Shown here piece after piece: positions 41,908-56,497 of a stretch of DNA of 64,000 nucleotides (positions within the stretch are counted from its first letter, which is position 1; each line of letters opens with the position of its first letter). Where the stretch lies: assembly GCF_006345805.1 (NCBI RefSeq), contig NW_021824848.1:1707-65706 (forward strand), in the 5' to 3' direction. The stretch comes from Octopus sinensis. Its lineage: Eukaryota. The position numbers were made by a program, and so were the translations under genes. The notes beneath the pieces were generated by a model. It saw only the letters and a program-made list of their open reading frames with translations. It was not told where the DNA came from and made no database searches.

Positions 41908-42278
41908 TAAGGGTAAAATTAATTAATCAATTAATAATTAATAATTTTACCAAGTTGTTCGGTATGTTAAAAGAACCATCATCGGTAACCTTATACAAAA
42001 AATCTATAATTATAAGTATAATTATAATTAGGGTTCAGCAAAAATTGCTTCACAACATACCGAAATTTAGAAATAGCATTTAAATACTATTCTACTACCA
42101 TAAGATATCTCCCTCTTTACTTGCGTGAGTTAAAGAGTATTGTTGTCTGGGAGATATCTTATGGGAGTGGAATAGTATTTAACTGCTATTTCTAAATTTC
42201 GGGTTGTGGTGAAGCAATTTTTGCTGATCCTAACTATAATTATGCTTATAACTATAGAATTTTTGCGTGTTATATGTG

Positions 42279-42394
<116 letters not shown>

Positions 42395-42473
42395 GTAGGT
42401 CCCGGTTGATCCGGGTTAACCACAGTAGTAAGGTACTCAATACATAGCAGAGTAAAATAATTATTATATAGAA

Positions 42474-42590
42474 GGAGCTTCTAAGGACTAGTACTGTTTC
42501 CTTCATAGAAATCTTCAGGAAGCTCGGAAGCTCAGGATGCTTCCTGAAGATTTCTTCTTGAATGAACAGTACTAGTCCTGTAGAAGCTCC
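42474..42590. ncRNA. Pair of inverted type I hammerhead-ribozyme-like motifs (42474-42523 -, 42535-42590 +), Penelope-like
   Basis: Consensus GCTTC-CTGAAGA-stemII-GAAA-CAG-loop-CTG-TA-GAAGC; each copy lacks one nucleotide. Confidence 0.55.
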
Positions 42591-42601
42591 TTCTATATAT
42601 A

Positions 42602-42663
<62 letters not shown>

Positions 42664-43178
42664 GTTTTATTTATTATTTTGCACATTACTTAATCATTGT
42701 TATATGTTTTATCTTATATTTAATCTTCTCTATATGTAATTTTTCTAAATGGTATAATTTATTTTTCATTATGAATTGATAAAAGGTGGCTTATTTTCTA
42801 ATTTATATATATCTCTATAAATAATATATATATATATATATATATACATACATACATACATACATACATGCATGCATGCATGCATGCATACATACATACA
42901 TATACACATACATACATACATACATACATACATACATACATACATACATACATACATACATACATACATACATACATACATACATACATGCATAGGTATT
43001 ACACATACAGGCGTGGCTGCATAGTAAATGGTTTACCTCCCAAACACATGGTTCTGGGTTCAGTCCAACTGGACAGCTCCTCGATAAATAGTGCTTTCTA
43101 CTATAGCTTTTAGCCGACTAAATCTTGTGAGAGATTTTGTAGATGCTAACTGAAAGTACCTCTTCGCAAATATGTATG

Positions 43179-43214
<36 letters not shown>

Positions 43215-44100
43215 ATATATAATATATATATTTATATATACATATTTATATATTTATATATATAACACATATATATGTGTGTGTGTATGTATGTATGTGT
43301 ATATGTATGTATGTATTTATGTATGTATGTATTTATGTAACGGGAAGCTTTATGAAAATAGACAAAAGACGAAGGCAGGTTTACGGAAATAAACAAAGAC
43401 GAAGGCATGTGGAATACAAACAAACAATTGTATTAGTATGGCGCTCAGGAAATATAAATAAAACAAGTCTTTAACGTTTCGAGCCTACGCTCTTCAACAG
43501 AAAGATACACAGAGAAAAAACACAGAAAGAAGGCGAGAAAAAAAATATGCGTGCAGAGGCTAACGAATCAACATGGCGATCTGATTTCGGCTAGAAGTCA
43601 AAGATCAAACGTGAGACGCAAGAGCGAAATTAGGGGAGATAATATGGGAGATAATAGGGTATGTATGTATGTATGTATGTATGTATGTATGTATGTATGT
43701 ATGTATGTATGTATGTATGTATCTATCTATGTATGTAGGTGTTTTTGTATCTGTGTTTGTCCTCCGCCGTCACCTTAGCTTTCTGATTCGGCAAAAGAAA
43801 CAATAGTATAAGTAGAATTCGCTAAAAATCCTAAATACTGGGGTTCTATTCCATTGAATATAATTCTTCAAGACGATGCCCCAGCATGGCCGCAGTCTAA
43901 TGACTGAAGCAACCAAAATTTAAAAGATTAAAATACATATCTGTGTGAGTGTATGAACGTGTGTGTATATATACATATTTATGTATCTAGATTTTTGTCT
44001 ATCTATCTACCTTTCTCTCTATTTGTTTGTATGTCTATATATTATAGATAACTGGTATGTATACATATCTATATTGTGTTGTAAGAGATGAAACACTTAC

Positions 44101-44188
44101 CTTCACTTATCTCCGGCACAATATTCACTACAGCACATGTTCCTAAACAGAACATCAGGGCCAAGTAAAAAGCTGCACTGGTCATCAT
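44101..44188 (-). CDS. Gene D exon 1, signal peptide: MMTSAAFYLALMFCLGTCAVVNIVPEISE; full protein 196 aa
   Basis: ATGATG start, hydrophobic core, GTAAGT donor in phase 1. Confidence 0.9.
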
Positions 44189-44302
44189 GATGGTAATGAT
44201 TTCAATTTTCTCTTCTCAAAATTCGTCACGGGATCGTTCGCTAATGAGAAAGAAGCTTTGGCAAAAGAGACGCGAATGGATAACGCTTGACGGAATCTTT
44301 CG

Positions 44303-44310
44303 TATTTATA
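44303..44310 (-). promoter_or_regulatory. Putative TATA box of gene D
   Basis: TATAAATA on the - strand ~120 nt upstream of the ATG, within the block conserved with gene C. Confidence 0.55.
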
Positions 44311-44560
44311 CCTTTGACTTACAAGTGGATATATGTTGTTTCAATTACAACAATAGACGAGGCTCAGGAACACATACAAAGAGAAAATATTTAGGATAGG
44401 TTTCCTAAGGATTGTTAATACATTTCCAAAAATACTAATTGAAAAGTTGAAACAAAATCAAAACAACATGGAAAAGAAAATGCGTTGTAGTATATTTCCC
44501 GTTCAGGTTCGATAAAGCTTTCTATCTATGAAGTATTGGTGTCGGTGATATTGTTGTTGT

Positions 44561-44796
44561 GAAGGCGGCGAGCTGGCAGAAACGTTAGCACGCCGGGCGA
44601 AATGCTTTGCGGTATTTCGTCTAACGTTACGTTCTGAGTTCAAATTCCGCTGAGGTCGACTTTACCTTTCATCATTTCGGGGTCGATAAATTAAGTACCA
44701 GTGATGCACTGGGGTCGATATAATCGACTTAATCCGTTTGTCTGTCCTTGTTTGTCCTCTCTGTGTTTAGCCCCTTGTGGGTAGTAAAGAAATAGG
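44561..44796 (+). mobile_element. tRNA-derived SINE family 2 (GAAGGCGGCGAGCTGGCAGAAACGTTAGC...); copies also at ~9003-9205(-), ~15196-15428(-), ~28258-28486(+), ~30330-30470(-), ~34352-34588(-), ~39778-40008(-), ~44796-44960(+)
   Basis: A-box TGGCAGAAACG and B-box GAGTTCAAATTCC; multiple near-identical copies. Confidence 0.85.
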
Positions 44797-45029
44797 TATT
44801 TCGTCTGCCGCTACGTTCTGAGTTCAAATTCCACCGTGGTCGACTTTGCCTTTCATCCTTTCGGGGTCGATAAATTAAGTACCAGTTGCGTACTGGTGTC
44901 GATCTAATCGACTGGCCCCACCTCCCCCAAAAATTCGGGCCTTGTGCCTAGAGTAGAAAAGAATTATTATTGCTGTTGTTGGTCCTGCGCTCGGTAGTGA
45001 AGTGAAAGCACGCTATAAAAATAAAACTA

Positions 45030-45090
<61 letters not shown>

Positions 45091-45179
45091 GGGGCAGGTG
45101 GCGTCTCCCCATGTTCTGATTAATGATACATCTAGTGATAGTATCACAATTTAAACACTTGTAATTGCGCAACTTGATA

Positions 45180-47460
45180 ATCGTTACCTCATACGAGTGT
45201 CAATGAATAAACAAAATATTTTGAATAACGGTGGTAATGAAACTGGAGCCATTGATGGTGACATAGTTGCACCCGGTAGGCTCAGAGATTCTGGTTCGGC
45301 TCCAGCCTGTCGACACCAGAAATGGACCATCACACACGGCGTAGATGGAGCAAGCAAATTAATGTGGTCATGGAGTGTTACTACCTGAGCAGCCCGATAG
45401 ATGAAAATGGTGCTCAGATTAGGGGTTACCGACAACGTATGTATGATCATTGGAGAGAAAAGAGATTATTTCAACTCCCGGAACAGAGACTATGGGATCA
45501 AGCTAGAGCAATAAGAAAAAATAATTGGTTCACAGAAGTAGAGCTCAAAGCTATCAAAACGACAGCGACATTATTTGCAGCCTTAAAAAAGTTGACCGGT
45601 GGAAGTTGAACCAAGAAACGAAAAATGTCAAGGATATTCTGAAATACATCAGAACAAACATCACAAAAACAAATAATTTGATCAAGGCAGCAAGTATTGT
45701 TGTAACAGAAAATGTGGGTGTCGATATCAAGAAAAAGAAATGTAATTGGAGTGACAAAAGGAAAGACCCTTGGTGGAAAAAAAGAATACAGGCATTGTTA
45801 GATTTGCGCGCGAAGGGAATTTCTGCGTTAGATCGAAAAGTGATAGGGGAGCTTAAAAGCGAACAAAAATACAGGGCGCTGAAAAGGAAGAAAGGGCCTG
45901 AATGTGGTAATGGAAGAACTGGAATATCGCCTCGTTGCAAAGAAATCAAAGATGGTAAGATGCGACCAAAGAATGAAGTGTTACGACCAGAATAGGTTAT
46001 TCAGAGTAGATCCGAAGAGATTCTATAAAGAAATAAATGGAGAGTGTACAGACAAAAAGTTGATACCAGATAACAATGAAAGTCAAAGGTTTTGGAGTGA
46101 CATCTGGAGCAAAGACAAAGAGCACAAGAAGGATGCTGAATGGCTACAAGAAGCGAAACAAACAGTAGTCTGTCCAAAACAGACGGAATTAGTCATTTCA
46201 GTTAAGGAAGTGAAGGAAATCAGCAAAAAAGTGAGCGACTGGAAGGCCCCGGGACCAGATCGAGTTCAAGGCTACGGATCAAAAGATTTGGTGAATGTCA
46301 TGCACGAATAGATGCGCAACTCAACACCTTGTTAAATGCCGACCAAATAACACCAGAGTGATTGACATTAGGTAGGACAGTTCTGTGCTTGAAAAACACA
46401 AAAAGACCAGTACGGTAGACAATTACAGGCCGATATCCTGTTTGCCACTTATGTGGAAGTCATTCACTGGAATACTCGCAGAGTCAATGTACGAACATCT
46501 GGAAAAATGGAGTCCTGCCACATGAACAGAAAGGTTGCAAGCTTAAGTGCAGAGATACAAAGGAACAACTCCTGACTAACAAATATGTACTTAGTGACTG
46601 CAAGAGGAGAAAAAGTAGCTTAGTTATGTCATGGATCGACTATCCTAAGGTGTATGCTATGATCCCTCATACTTCGATAATGGAATGTATAAACCTATTT
46701 GGTACTGCATCGAATGTTGAGCGATTGGTTGGAAAAAGTATGGCAACATACGGAAGAAATTTGGGGACAGTAGAAATCAGGAAGGGCATCTTCCAAGGCA
46801 ACTGTCTGTCACCACTGATCTTTGTACTGTGTTTGATCCCACTAACACTGATTCGGAGGAAAGTTGGGTATGTTTTCAAAGGCCGCCAACAAAAAGTCAA
46901 CCATTTGTTATTTATGGATGATGACCTCAAACTTTATGGTAAAGATGAAGCCCAGTTCTCTCGTTGATACAGTGTATATTTTCAGTGATATTATCAGAAT
47001 GGTGTTCGGACTGAGAAAGTGTGGTGTGTTAGTCTTGAAAAGAGGCAAAATCAAACGTATGGACGGGCTATCGAAACCGTTGGGGAACGTTATAAAGCAG
47101 ATAGAAGAGACGGGCTATAAATACTTGGAGATTTTGGAAATGGGTAATTGATGGAGAAAGAAATGACAGAAAAATTTTATGGGGAGTACTTGCGCAGACT
47201 GAGTCGAATTTAAACGGACGGAATAAGATTGAAGCTATCAACACCTGGGTGGCTTCACTCCTTAGATATGGATCAGGGGTAATCGTATGGACAGTAGACA
47301 AACTAAACAGTTTAGACAGAAAGACAAGGAAGTTGCTAACTAGATATGGGACAAAAAGTGACACAGACAGACTACATGTACCAAGAAAAAGAGGCGGAAA
47401 ATATACGAAGCCAGTATACCCATAATAATTACTCGTCTGATAAGGATACACCAGGCGCAT
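45180..47460 (+). mobile_element. Decayed R4/Dong-clade non-LTR retrotransposon (RT region)
   Basis: [55 protein letters not shown] motifs with many frameshifts; an isolated 3' end with (TAA)n tail at ~44975-45087. Confidence 0.8.
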
Positions 47461-48121
47461 GCCTCACAATCATATGTGCGCGACATGGTGATCTCATATC
47501 AAGATAAACAGCACATGACATTGCAGGTGGGCCCAGTTAGAATTTTCTTCTGGTCGAGTAGCCCATCCCGCTCAAAAGGTCCCTGAATAAGGATTGGGGT
47601 TTGAATAATTCACCTCTGGAAACATGAGTGTTTCGTTCAACATACTTATGGTTGTGAGGCATGTGCCTGGTGCACTCTTATCTGACGGGTAATCATTATG
47701 GGTATACTGGGCTTCGTATATTTTACCCCAGTATCACTTTGATGGCATTCGCTGCTCTCTCATTCAATAATAATAACAGTAGCAACAACAACAACAACAA
47801 CATAGAGGTATCAAATTTTTTCGACTAAAATAATCGTTTTGGAACACAGCCTTTTTCACTGTTACTGTTAATGTTCTTTTACAGTTCTTTTACAAACTTC
47901 TGTCAACGCTGAGTTTAAATGCTCTTCTAGTTTTTATTACCATGATAAAAAAAAAGGAAGTTATGTTACATGGGTGCAAGTGTGGTTGTGTGGTAAGAAG
48001 CTTGCATCCCAGCCAGATGGTACCGGATTCAGTCCCACTGCATGGGTTCAGTAGCCTCGGGGCGACAAAATCTTTGTGAGTGGAGTTAGTAGATAGAAAT
48101 TGAAAGAAGCTCGTCCTACAT

Positions 48122-48196
<75 letters not shown>

Positions 48197-48425
48197 TGTG
48201 TATGTGTTTAATGTGTATCTTCGTGGCCCAGTACTGCTTGACAACCAGTGTTGGTACGTTCACGTGCCCCGTAAAAATAGCAGTTCGGTAAAAGTTACCG
48301 ATACATTAAGTACCAGACTTACCCAAAAATAAATAGCGGGGGATCTATTCATTCGACTAAAAATTCTTCGAGATAGTACCCCAGCATGGCCACAGTCTAA
48401 TGACTGAAACAAATTGGGTTAAGGT

Positions 48426-49017
<592 letters not shown>

Positions 49018-49487
49018 GCTTAAATTGATAGTGTAGCAGGCAACCGAGTAGCGATTATATATACACTCAAATACAATCCCTATTCTGAGGGACTGGTTAT
49101 TATCTTTATCATATGGTATTTGTAAATTGTTTACAAACTAATTTTAATGTATTTAACCATACATGATCTACATGGGATGAATAAGCTCCATTTCCCAGTT
49201 GTAGTAGTAGTATGGTGGTGGTGGTGGTGGTGGTGGTAGGTCTTGGCAACGATGATGATCATAATGATGATGGTTGGCAGACTCGTTAGTGCTACGGACG
49301 AGATGCTGTATCAGCATTTCTTCCTGATCTTTACATTCAAAGATCAAATTCCACCGGCACTGACTTTGCCTTTCGTCGTTTTGACACCGATAAAATAAAT
49401 GCCAGTCGATCACTGTGATCAATATTATCGTTTAACTCTGGACTTTGTCGAAATTTGAAATCATGATTATAATTGTTGTTGTTGTTG

Positions 49488-49549
<62 letters not shown>

Positions 49550-49553
49550 GTTG

Positions 49554-49597
<44 letters not shown>

Positions 49598-49600
<3 letters not shown>

Positions 49601-50534
49601 TAGTTTTATTTTTATAGCGTGCTTTCACTTCACTACCGAGAGCAGCTCTGTGCACCTTGGGTATGTGCTGTGGTTTGCTGTAATGCTCTTATGGTTACTG
49701 TATTGAAAGTGTTTTGCGTAGGATGTGTGCAGTGCCCAGTAGTGCAATTTTGTGTATGTTATATATATTTGTAAGTCCTGGTGTTTTTGTTATGTATTTG
49801 TCTGAATATTTTTTCTCATACCTAATGCGCCTACCATGATAGGAATTGTTTCTGTTTTTAGATTCCACATTCGAGTTACCTCTATTTCCAGGTCTTTGTA
49901 TTTTGAAAGTTTCTCCATTTCTTTTAGAGAAACGTTGTCATCTGCTGGTATTGATACATCAATTAGAAAGCATGTTTTTTCTTCATGATCTCTGACAAAC
50001 ATACATGGCCTTAATTTCTCTATCTGTGTGTATTGGCATATCCCAGAGTATGGTTGCTTTCTCGTTTTCTGTGACCTTTTCTGGTGTGTGCCTATACCAT
50101 CTTTTTTCTTTTGTTATTCCATAATGTTGGCATAGCTTCCAGTGTATGTAGGTCCCAACTCTGTCTAGTCTGTGAATATATTCCTTCTTAGCCAGGCCTG
50201 GGCAGCCAGAGATAATATGATCAATAGTTTCTTGTCCATCTCCACATATTCTGCAGTTACTTGTTGTTTTTTTTTCCTTATATGATTTTGGTAATTTCTG
50301 GTGGGGCGGTTTTGGTCTTGTGCTGTAATTAAAAATCCCCCCATCTCTGCTTCTCAACCATTGCTGGGATTTTTCTCTATCTATTTCTTATGCATTTAGT
50401 TTAGCCCACTATTTGCCATGAAGGGGCTTTTCCTGCCATCGTTTTATCATGGTTCGTTGCTGTTCTATTTTTAGTTTGGATTTCATTTGTTTTATAGTTT
50501 TTGTTCTTTCTTCTTCTTCTTCTTCTTCTTCTTC

Positions 50535-50605
<71 letters not shown>

Positions 50606-51518
50606 TTTATTTTTTTTTATTTTTATAGCGTGCTTTCACTTCATTACCGAGCGCAGCTCTGTGTGCCTTGGGTATGTGCTGTGATTTGTTGTGATGCTCT
50701 GATGGTTACTGTATGGAAAGTGTTCTGCGTAGGATGTGTGCAGTGCCCAGTAGTGCAATTTTCTGTATGTTATATTTATGTATTTGTCTGAATATTTTTT
50801 TATCATGCCTAGATAAGAATTGTTTCTGTTTTTAGATTCCACATTCTGGTTACCTCTATTTCCAGGTATTTGTATTTTGAAAGTTTCTCTATTTCTTTTA
50901 GAGAAACGTTGTTATCTGCCGGTATTGATACATCAATTCGAAGGCATTTTTTCTTCATGATCTCTGACAACTATATCTGGTCTGTTGGCCTTAATTTCTC
51001 TATCTGTGTGTATCGGCATATCCCAGAGTATGGTTGCTTTCTCGTTTTCTGTGACCTTTTCTGGTGTGTGCCTATACCATCTTTTTTCTTTTGTTATCCA
51101 TAATGTTGCATAGCTTCCAGTGTATGTAGGTCCCAACTCTGTCTAGTCTGTGAATATATTCCTTCTTAGCCAGGCTGGGCAGCCAGAGATAATATGATCA
51201 ATAGTTTCTTGTCCATCTCCACATATTCTGCAGTTACTTGTTGTTTTTTTTTCCTTATATGATTTTGGTAATTTCTGGTGGGGCGGTTTTGGTCTTGTGC
51301 TGTAATTAAAAATCCCTCCATCTCTGCTTCTCAACCATTGCTGGGATTTTTCTCTATCTATTTCTTATGCATTTAGTTTAGCCCACTATTTGCCATGAAG
51401 GGGCTTTTCCTGCCATCGTTTTATCATGGTTCGTTGCTGTTCTATTTTTAGTTTGGATTTCATTTGTTTTATAGTTTTTGTTCTTTCTTCTTCTTCTTCT
51501 TTCTCTTCTCTTCTTCTA

Positions 51519-51589
<71 letters not shown>

Positions 51590-54395
51590 TATTTTTTTTT
51601 TTATTTTTATAGCGTGCTTTCACTTCATTACCGAGCGCAGCTCTGTGTGCCTTGGGTATGTGCTGTGATTTGTTGTGATGCTCTGATGGTTACTGTATGG
51701 AAAGTGTTCTGCGTAGGATGTGTGCAGTGCCCAGTAGTGCAATTTTCTGTATGTTATATATATGTATTTGTCTGAATATTTTTTTATCATGCCTAGATAG
51801 GAATTGTTTCTGTTTTTAGATTCCACATTCTGGTTACCTCTATTTCCAGGTATTTGTATTTTGAAAGTTTCTCTATTTCTTTTAGAGACACGTTGTTATC
51901 TGCCGGTATTGATACATCAATTCGAAAGCATTTTTTCTTCATGATCTCTGACAACTATATCTGGTCTGTTGGCCTTAATTTCTCTATCTGTGTGTATCGG
52001 CATATTCCAGAGTATGGTTGCTTTCTCGTTTTCTGTGACCTTTTCTGGTGTGTGCCTATACCATCTTTTTTCTGTTGTTATTTCATAATGTTGGCATAGC
52101 TTCCAGTGTATATATGTCCCAACTCTGTCGTTTCTGTGAATATATTCCTTCTTAGCCAGGACTGGGCAGCCAGAGATAATATGATTTATTGTTTCTTGTC
52201 CATCTCCACATATTCTGCAGTTACTTGTTATATATCTTTTCATTACATGTTTTTGGTAATTTCTGGTGGGGAGGCTTTGATCTCGTGCTGCAATTAAAAA
52301 TCCATCTGTCTCTGCTTTGAGTCCTGAGCTTCTCAACCATTGCTGGGATTTTTCTTTGTCTATTTCTTTTGCATTTAGTTTAGTCCAGTATTTGCCATGA
52401 AGGGGCTTTTCTTGCCATCGTTTTATCATGGTTCGTTGCTGCTCTATTTTTAGTTTGGATTTTATTTGTTTTATAGCTTTTGTTGTTTCTTCATCTTCTA
52501 CTTCTTCTTCTTCTTCTTCTTCTTCTTCATATTTGTTAGGTGGTATGATATCTTGTTTGTATTTGTCAGCTTCCTTAAATACTGAGAACAGTTTTTTTGT
52601 TTTGCTCGTGTTTTGCCGCTATTTGTATCAGTTTTCCTTCCTTCTGAAGTAGATATTTTTGCAGTCCTATGGTGGTTATTTTATAATAGTTTTCCAGCTA
52701 TATAAGGCCTCTACCACCTTCTATACGTTGTATATATAGCCTTTCTATGTCAGATTTTGGGTGTGCATCCTAGATCCTCTCATTATTTTTCTTGTTTTCC
52801 TATCTATTTTGGTCAGTTCATTTAGTATCCAGTTAAGGATATTGTAGCTGTAACTTATAACTGGGACGGCTAAAGTGTTGATACCTATTATCTTGTTTTT
52901 AGCATTGAGCTCTGTTTTCAGTATTGATCTAACTCGTCTGTAATATTCTTTTCTCTTTCATTTGTGTGTGTTGTGTCTTATTTAGTTCATGGATTCCTAA
53001 GTATTTGTAAGTTTGGCTTTGGTCCAATTCTTTTATTTCATTTGTTTTATCTAGTGTGATGTTGCTACTCTTAACTGGTTTTCCTCTTTTCATAGTTACT
53101 TTGGCGCATTTTTCTAATCCAAATTTCATATCTATTTCTTTGGTAAATCCATGAACTGTCTTTAATAGTGTTTCCAGCTGTTTGTCATTTGCAGCGTATA
53201 GTTTTAGGTCATCCATATATAAAAGGTGGCTGATCGTTTTGCCGTAACATTTATATCCGCATCCAGTTCTATTTAGCATATCAGATAGAGGTGACAGTGC
53301 CAAGCAGAAAAGGAGTGGAGAGAGCGTGTCTCCCTAGAATATTCCTCTTCTAATGGGGATGGCTTTGGTTTTCATGAGTCCCTCTTTTGTTTGGAGCTGT
53401 AGCATTGTCTGCCATTTATTCATAGTGTCCTATGTATTTTATAATTGTTGGTGCAACTTTGTTAATGGCTAGCGTTTCGAGGATCCATGTGTGGGCGATG
53501 CTATCAAACGCCTTTTTGTAGTCGATCCAGGCCATACTGAAGCCTTTCTTCTTTCTGTGGCTGTCTTCAGTTATGGCTTCATTGATCATTAGTTGATCTT
53601 TACAGCCATATGAGCCTTTGCGGCATCCTTTCTGCTCTTCTGGAAACAGGTTGTTTTCGTCCAGGTGCTTGTCCAACCTTTGCGATATTACTGCAGTAAG
53701 TGCCTTGTATATTGTAGGGAGACAGGTTATTGGTCTGTAGTTTTCTGGTTTTGCTGTCTCATTTGACTTGGGAATTAAGATGGTTTTCCCCTTCGTGAGC
53801 CATTCAGGCATTGTCTCTGGCTCTGCCAGTGTGTTGTTAAAGTTTTCAGCCAGCTTTTTGTGCATTCCTGTTAAATATTTCAACCAGAAGTTGGGAATCT
53901 TGTCATGCCCAGGTGCCTTCCAGTTGCTTAGTCTTTGCAGTGCCTGGGTGACCTCTTCAGTTGTTATGGGGGTCCAAAGTTGCTCAGATGCTGAGTTTGT
54001 TGTTTTAATACTCCCTTTTTTTTTGGTTGTTCGTTCGACGACCATATTTCTCTCCAGAATTCTTCCACTTCTTCTGCCGTTGGTGCTGCAGTGATTTCTA
54101 TTTTATTTTTGCCAAGTTCTTGGTAGAACTTTTGGGGGTTGGAGTTGAACTGTTTGTTTTGTTCAAAGAAACGTTGGCGTTTCTCGTACCGGCGGATCCT
54201 TTGTGCTTTGGCAAGGATATCTTGCTTTAGCTTTTTTTTTATCTCAGGTAAATCTTTTTCTGTGATCTTGTATTTTCGGAGTATTTTTGTTTTCTTTTTG
54301 TTGCTTAGTAGTGTTGATTGTCTACTGATTTCATTAAGAATCGACAGATCTTTTCTCACTTTTTGTATTTTGTTTTGGATGTTATTTATCCACAG
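49598..54395 (-). mobile_element. R4/Dong-clade LINE (RT plus CCHC finger plus restriction-like endonuclease), 5'-truncated, with a triplicated 3' end, embedded in (TAA)n
   Basis: NWKAPGHD, NYRPITCLP, AWIDYKKAFDS, HLLYMDDLKLYA, CRICG..ETINHIISGC, NRPDIVVRD, LIDVSIP..KE.EK..KY; TAA tracts at both ends. Confidence 0.9.
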
Positions 54396-54749
54396 GGTTT
54401 GTTTATTATTATTATTATTATTATATTATTATTATTATTATTATATTATTATTATTATTATTATTATCATTATTATTATTATTATAGCGGCCTCTATACT
54501 GTAAAGTCACGAAATTTGAAGCTCCACAAGTTGAAATAGTGTTTGTAATCTTTTCGGCCTTCTGAGTCCCCGTGTTTTCATTTTCATAGTTACCATTGCA
54601 TTTCTGAGATTATCTGGATTGCGCTGATGGCATTTTGGTGTTGCGCGGGTGGTATTTTGCAGGGAATGCACATCAATATTTTTTTTAAATTTTAACAATT
54701 TTCGACAAATGCAAATATTTTGCAATTTTCTTTAATGAAAAAGAAGCCA

Positions 54750-55750
54750 TCATAATCTTCGACAAAGCAACAATACGACAGAAATAAAACATGAAAACGT
54801 GAATGTCGCCTCCGTCTCTTTTGCGATTGTGGCGCGAAATATGGACAATTTCTGCATAGTTGAAGAAGATATAAAAATAACAAGGAAAATTGTGAAAAGG
54901 AAAGGGAGAAGAGTAGCTCTAAACCTTCCACCCGATGTGATAGAGAACATCTTAAAATGCACGGTCGCATACTGCTATCTCGGCGGGTGGAAAATGCTCC
55001 AGAGATCGAAATACAAAAATGTCTCGGGAGCGTGTGGGAATAAAAGACTCACATTACCCGAGAAAAGAAGTTTGAAACAATTGAAGTGAAATTTAGGACG
55101 GAAGAAGAAACCAGGTGTAATTCCGCGACCACTTTAAGGAATAACAATTTCTTAATCCTCAGCTATCGCGACCAACGTCTTGTCAAGATTAGGGTGTTGT
55201 ACGTGCCTCCAGAAATATTCATCGCTTAGTTACTGGCGGCTGTCCTGACAGGTCTAAAAGAAGAAGGAATGACAATATTGGAGGTCAAGAAAATACCAAC
55301 ACAAAACTGGTTAGGTATAGAGATGGAACTGACCTTACAATCTAATCAGGACCATATCGACCAGCTGCACGATTTAATTGATCTCCCGGATGGTACTTAC
55401 CTGTTAGTGTTAGTGGAGGGTAAGAAAGCCAAGATTCCACATATATGGATCTGTGACTCAAAGGATTTATGCCCTGAAATAAAAATAATAAAATCCTACT
55501 GCTGCCAACACTATAAACATCACCAACGCGAAATCATTAACAAGTGTTCAAGACTACTACACCTACACCCACTCCCATGTACACACTCACTCCCAAACCA
55601 AGGCAAGCTTTTCCTGAATGCACTACCCGTCAAACCAACATCAACTGTAATGACATGGAGAAAGAAAAGTTAAATGATCAATGGATTACTGAGACAAAAG
55701 GGGGTAGACGAAAGAGGAGGAGAGTGCGTAACCCTACTCCAAGAAATTAA
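54750..55750 (+). mobile_element. Degenerate LINE ORF1-like region (probably the Tx1/L1-like family)
   Basis: Semi-open frames (KFETIEVKF, VKIRVLYVPPEI, MTILEVKK...LVLVEG) with stops; no splice structure; assignment is an inference. Confidence 0.45.
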
Positions 55751-56071
55751 AAGCATATTCTGAAACTGCAACTGCAACACTGTTCACAATCACTCCAACA
55801 AAAACAAGAACAAGAACGGCAACTTAAAAGACAGCAATATCATCGACAACAGCATGTAACCACAGAAACACAGAAACACGAATTACAGAACTTCAAAAAC
55901 AAGAATATTGATCAGCCTGTAGGCGAAATATATCCGTCAATTTCACTGTACATGCATGCATACATACATTCATATATATATATATATATATACATAATAC
56001 ATGCATGCATACATACATATATTCATATATATATATACATACATACATACATATATATATACATACATAAT

Positions 56072-56111
<40 letters not shown>

Positions 56112-56497
56112 ACATACATACATACATACATACATACATACATACATACATACATACATACATACATACATACATACATACATACATAGCGTATGTCCAA
56201 TTAACATCAATATGCAAACAAACCCAGCGGTTGAACTGCAGGCCTACTACTTGACCGCTCCGTTCCAGAATCGAACTCTCAGCCTTATTTTCTTGAAAGA
56301 TTAACTCACTAACTACCAGGCTACGTCGACTTCGCCTTTCAACCTTTTGGAGTCGATGATATGAATACCAGTAGCTGAACACTGAGGTCGATATAATTGG
56401 TATACAGCATCCAAGAAATAATTTTTCTTCTTCATTGTTATACTGGAGTATTTTTCTAATCCAAATTTCAAACCAGTTTTTCAATTAAATTCATATA

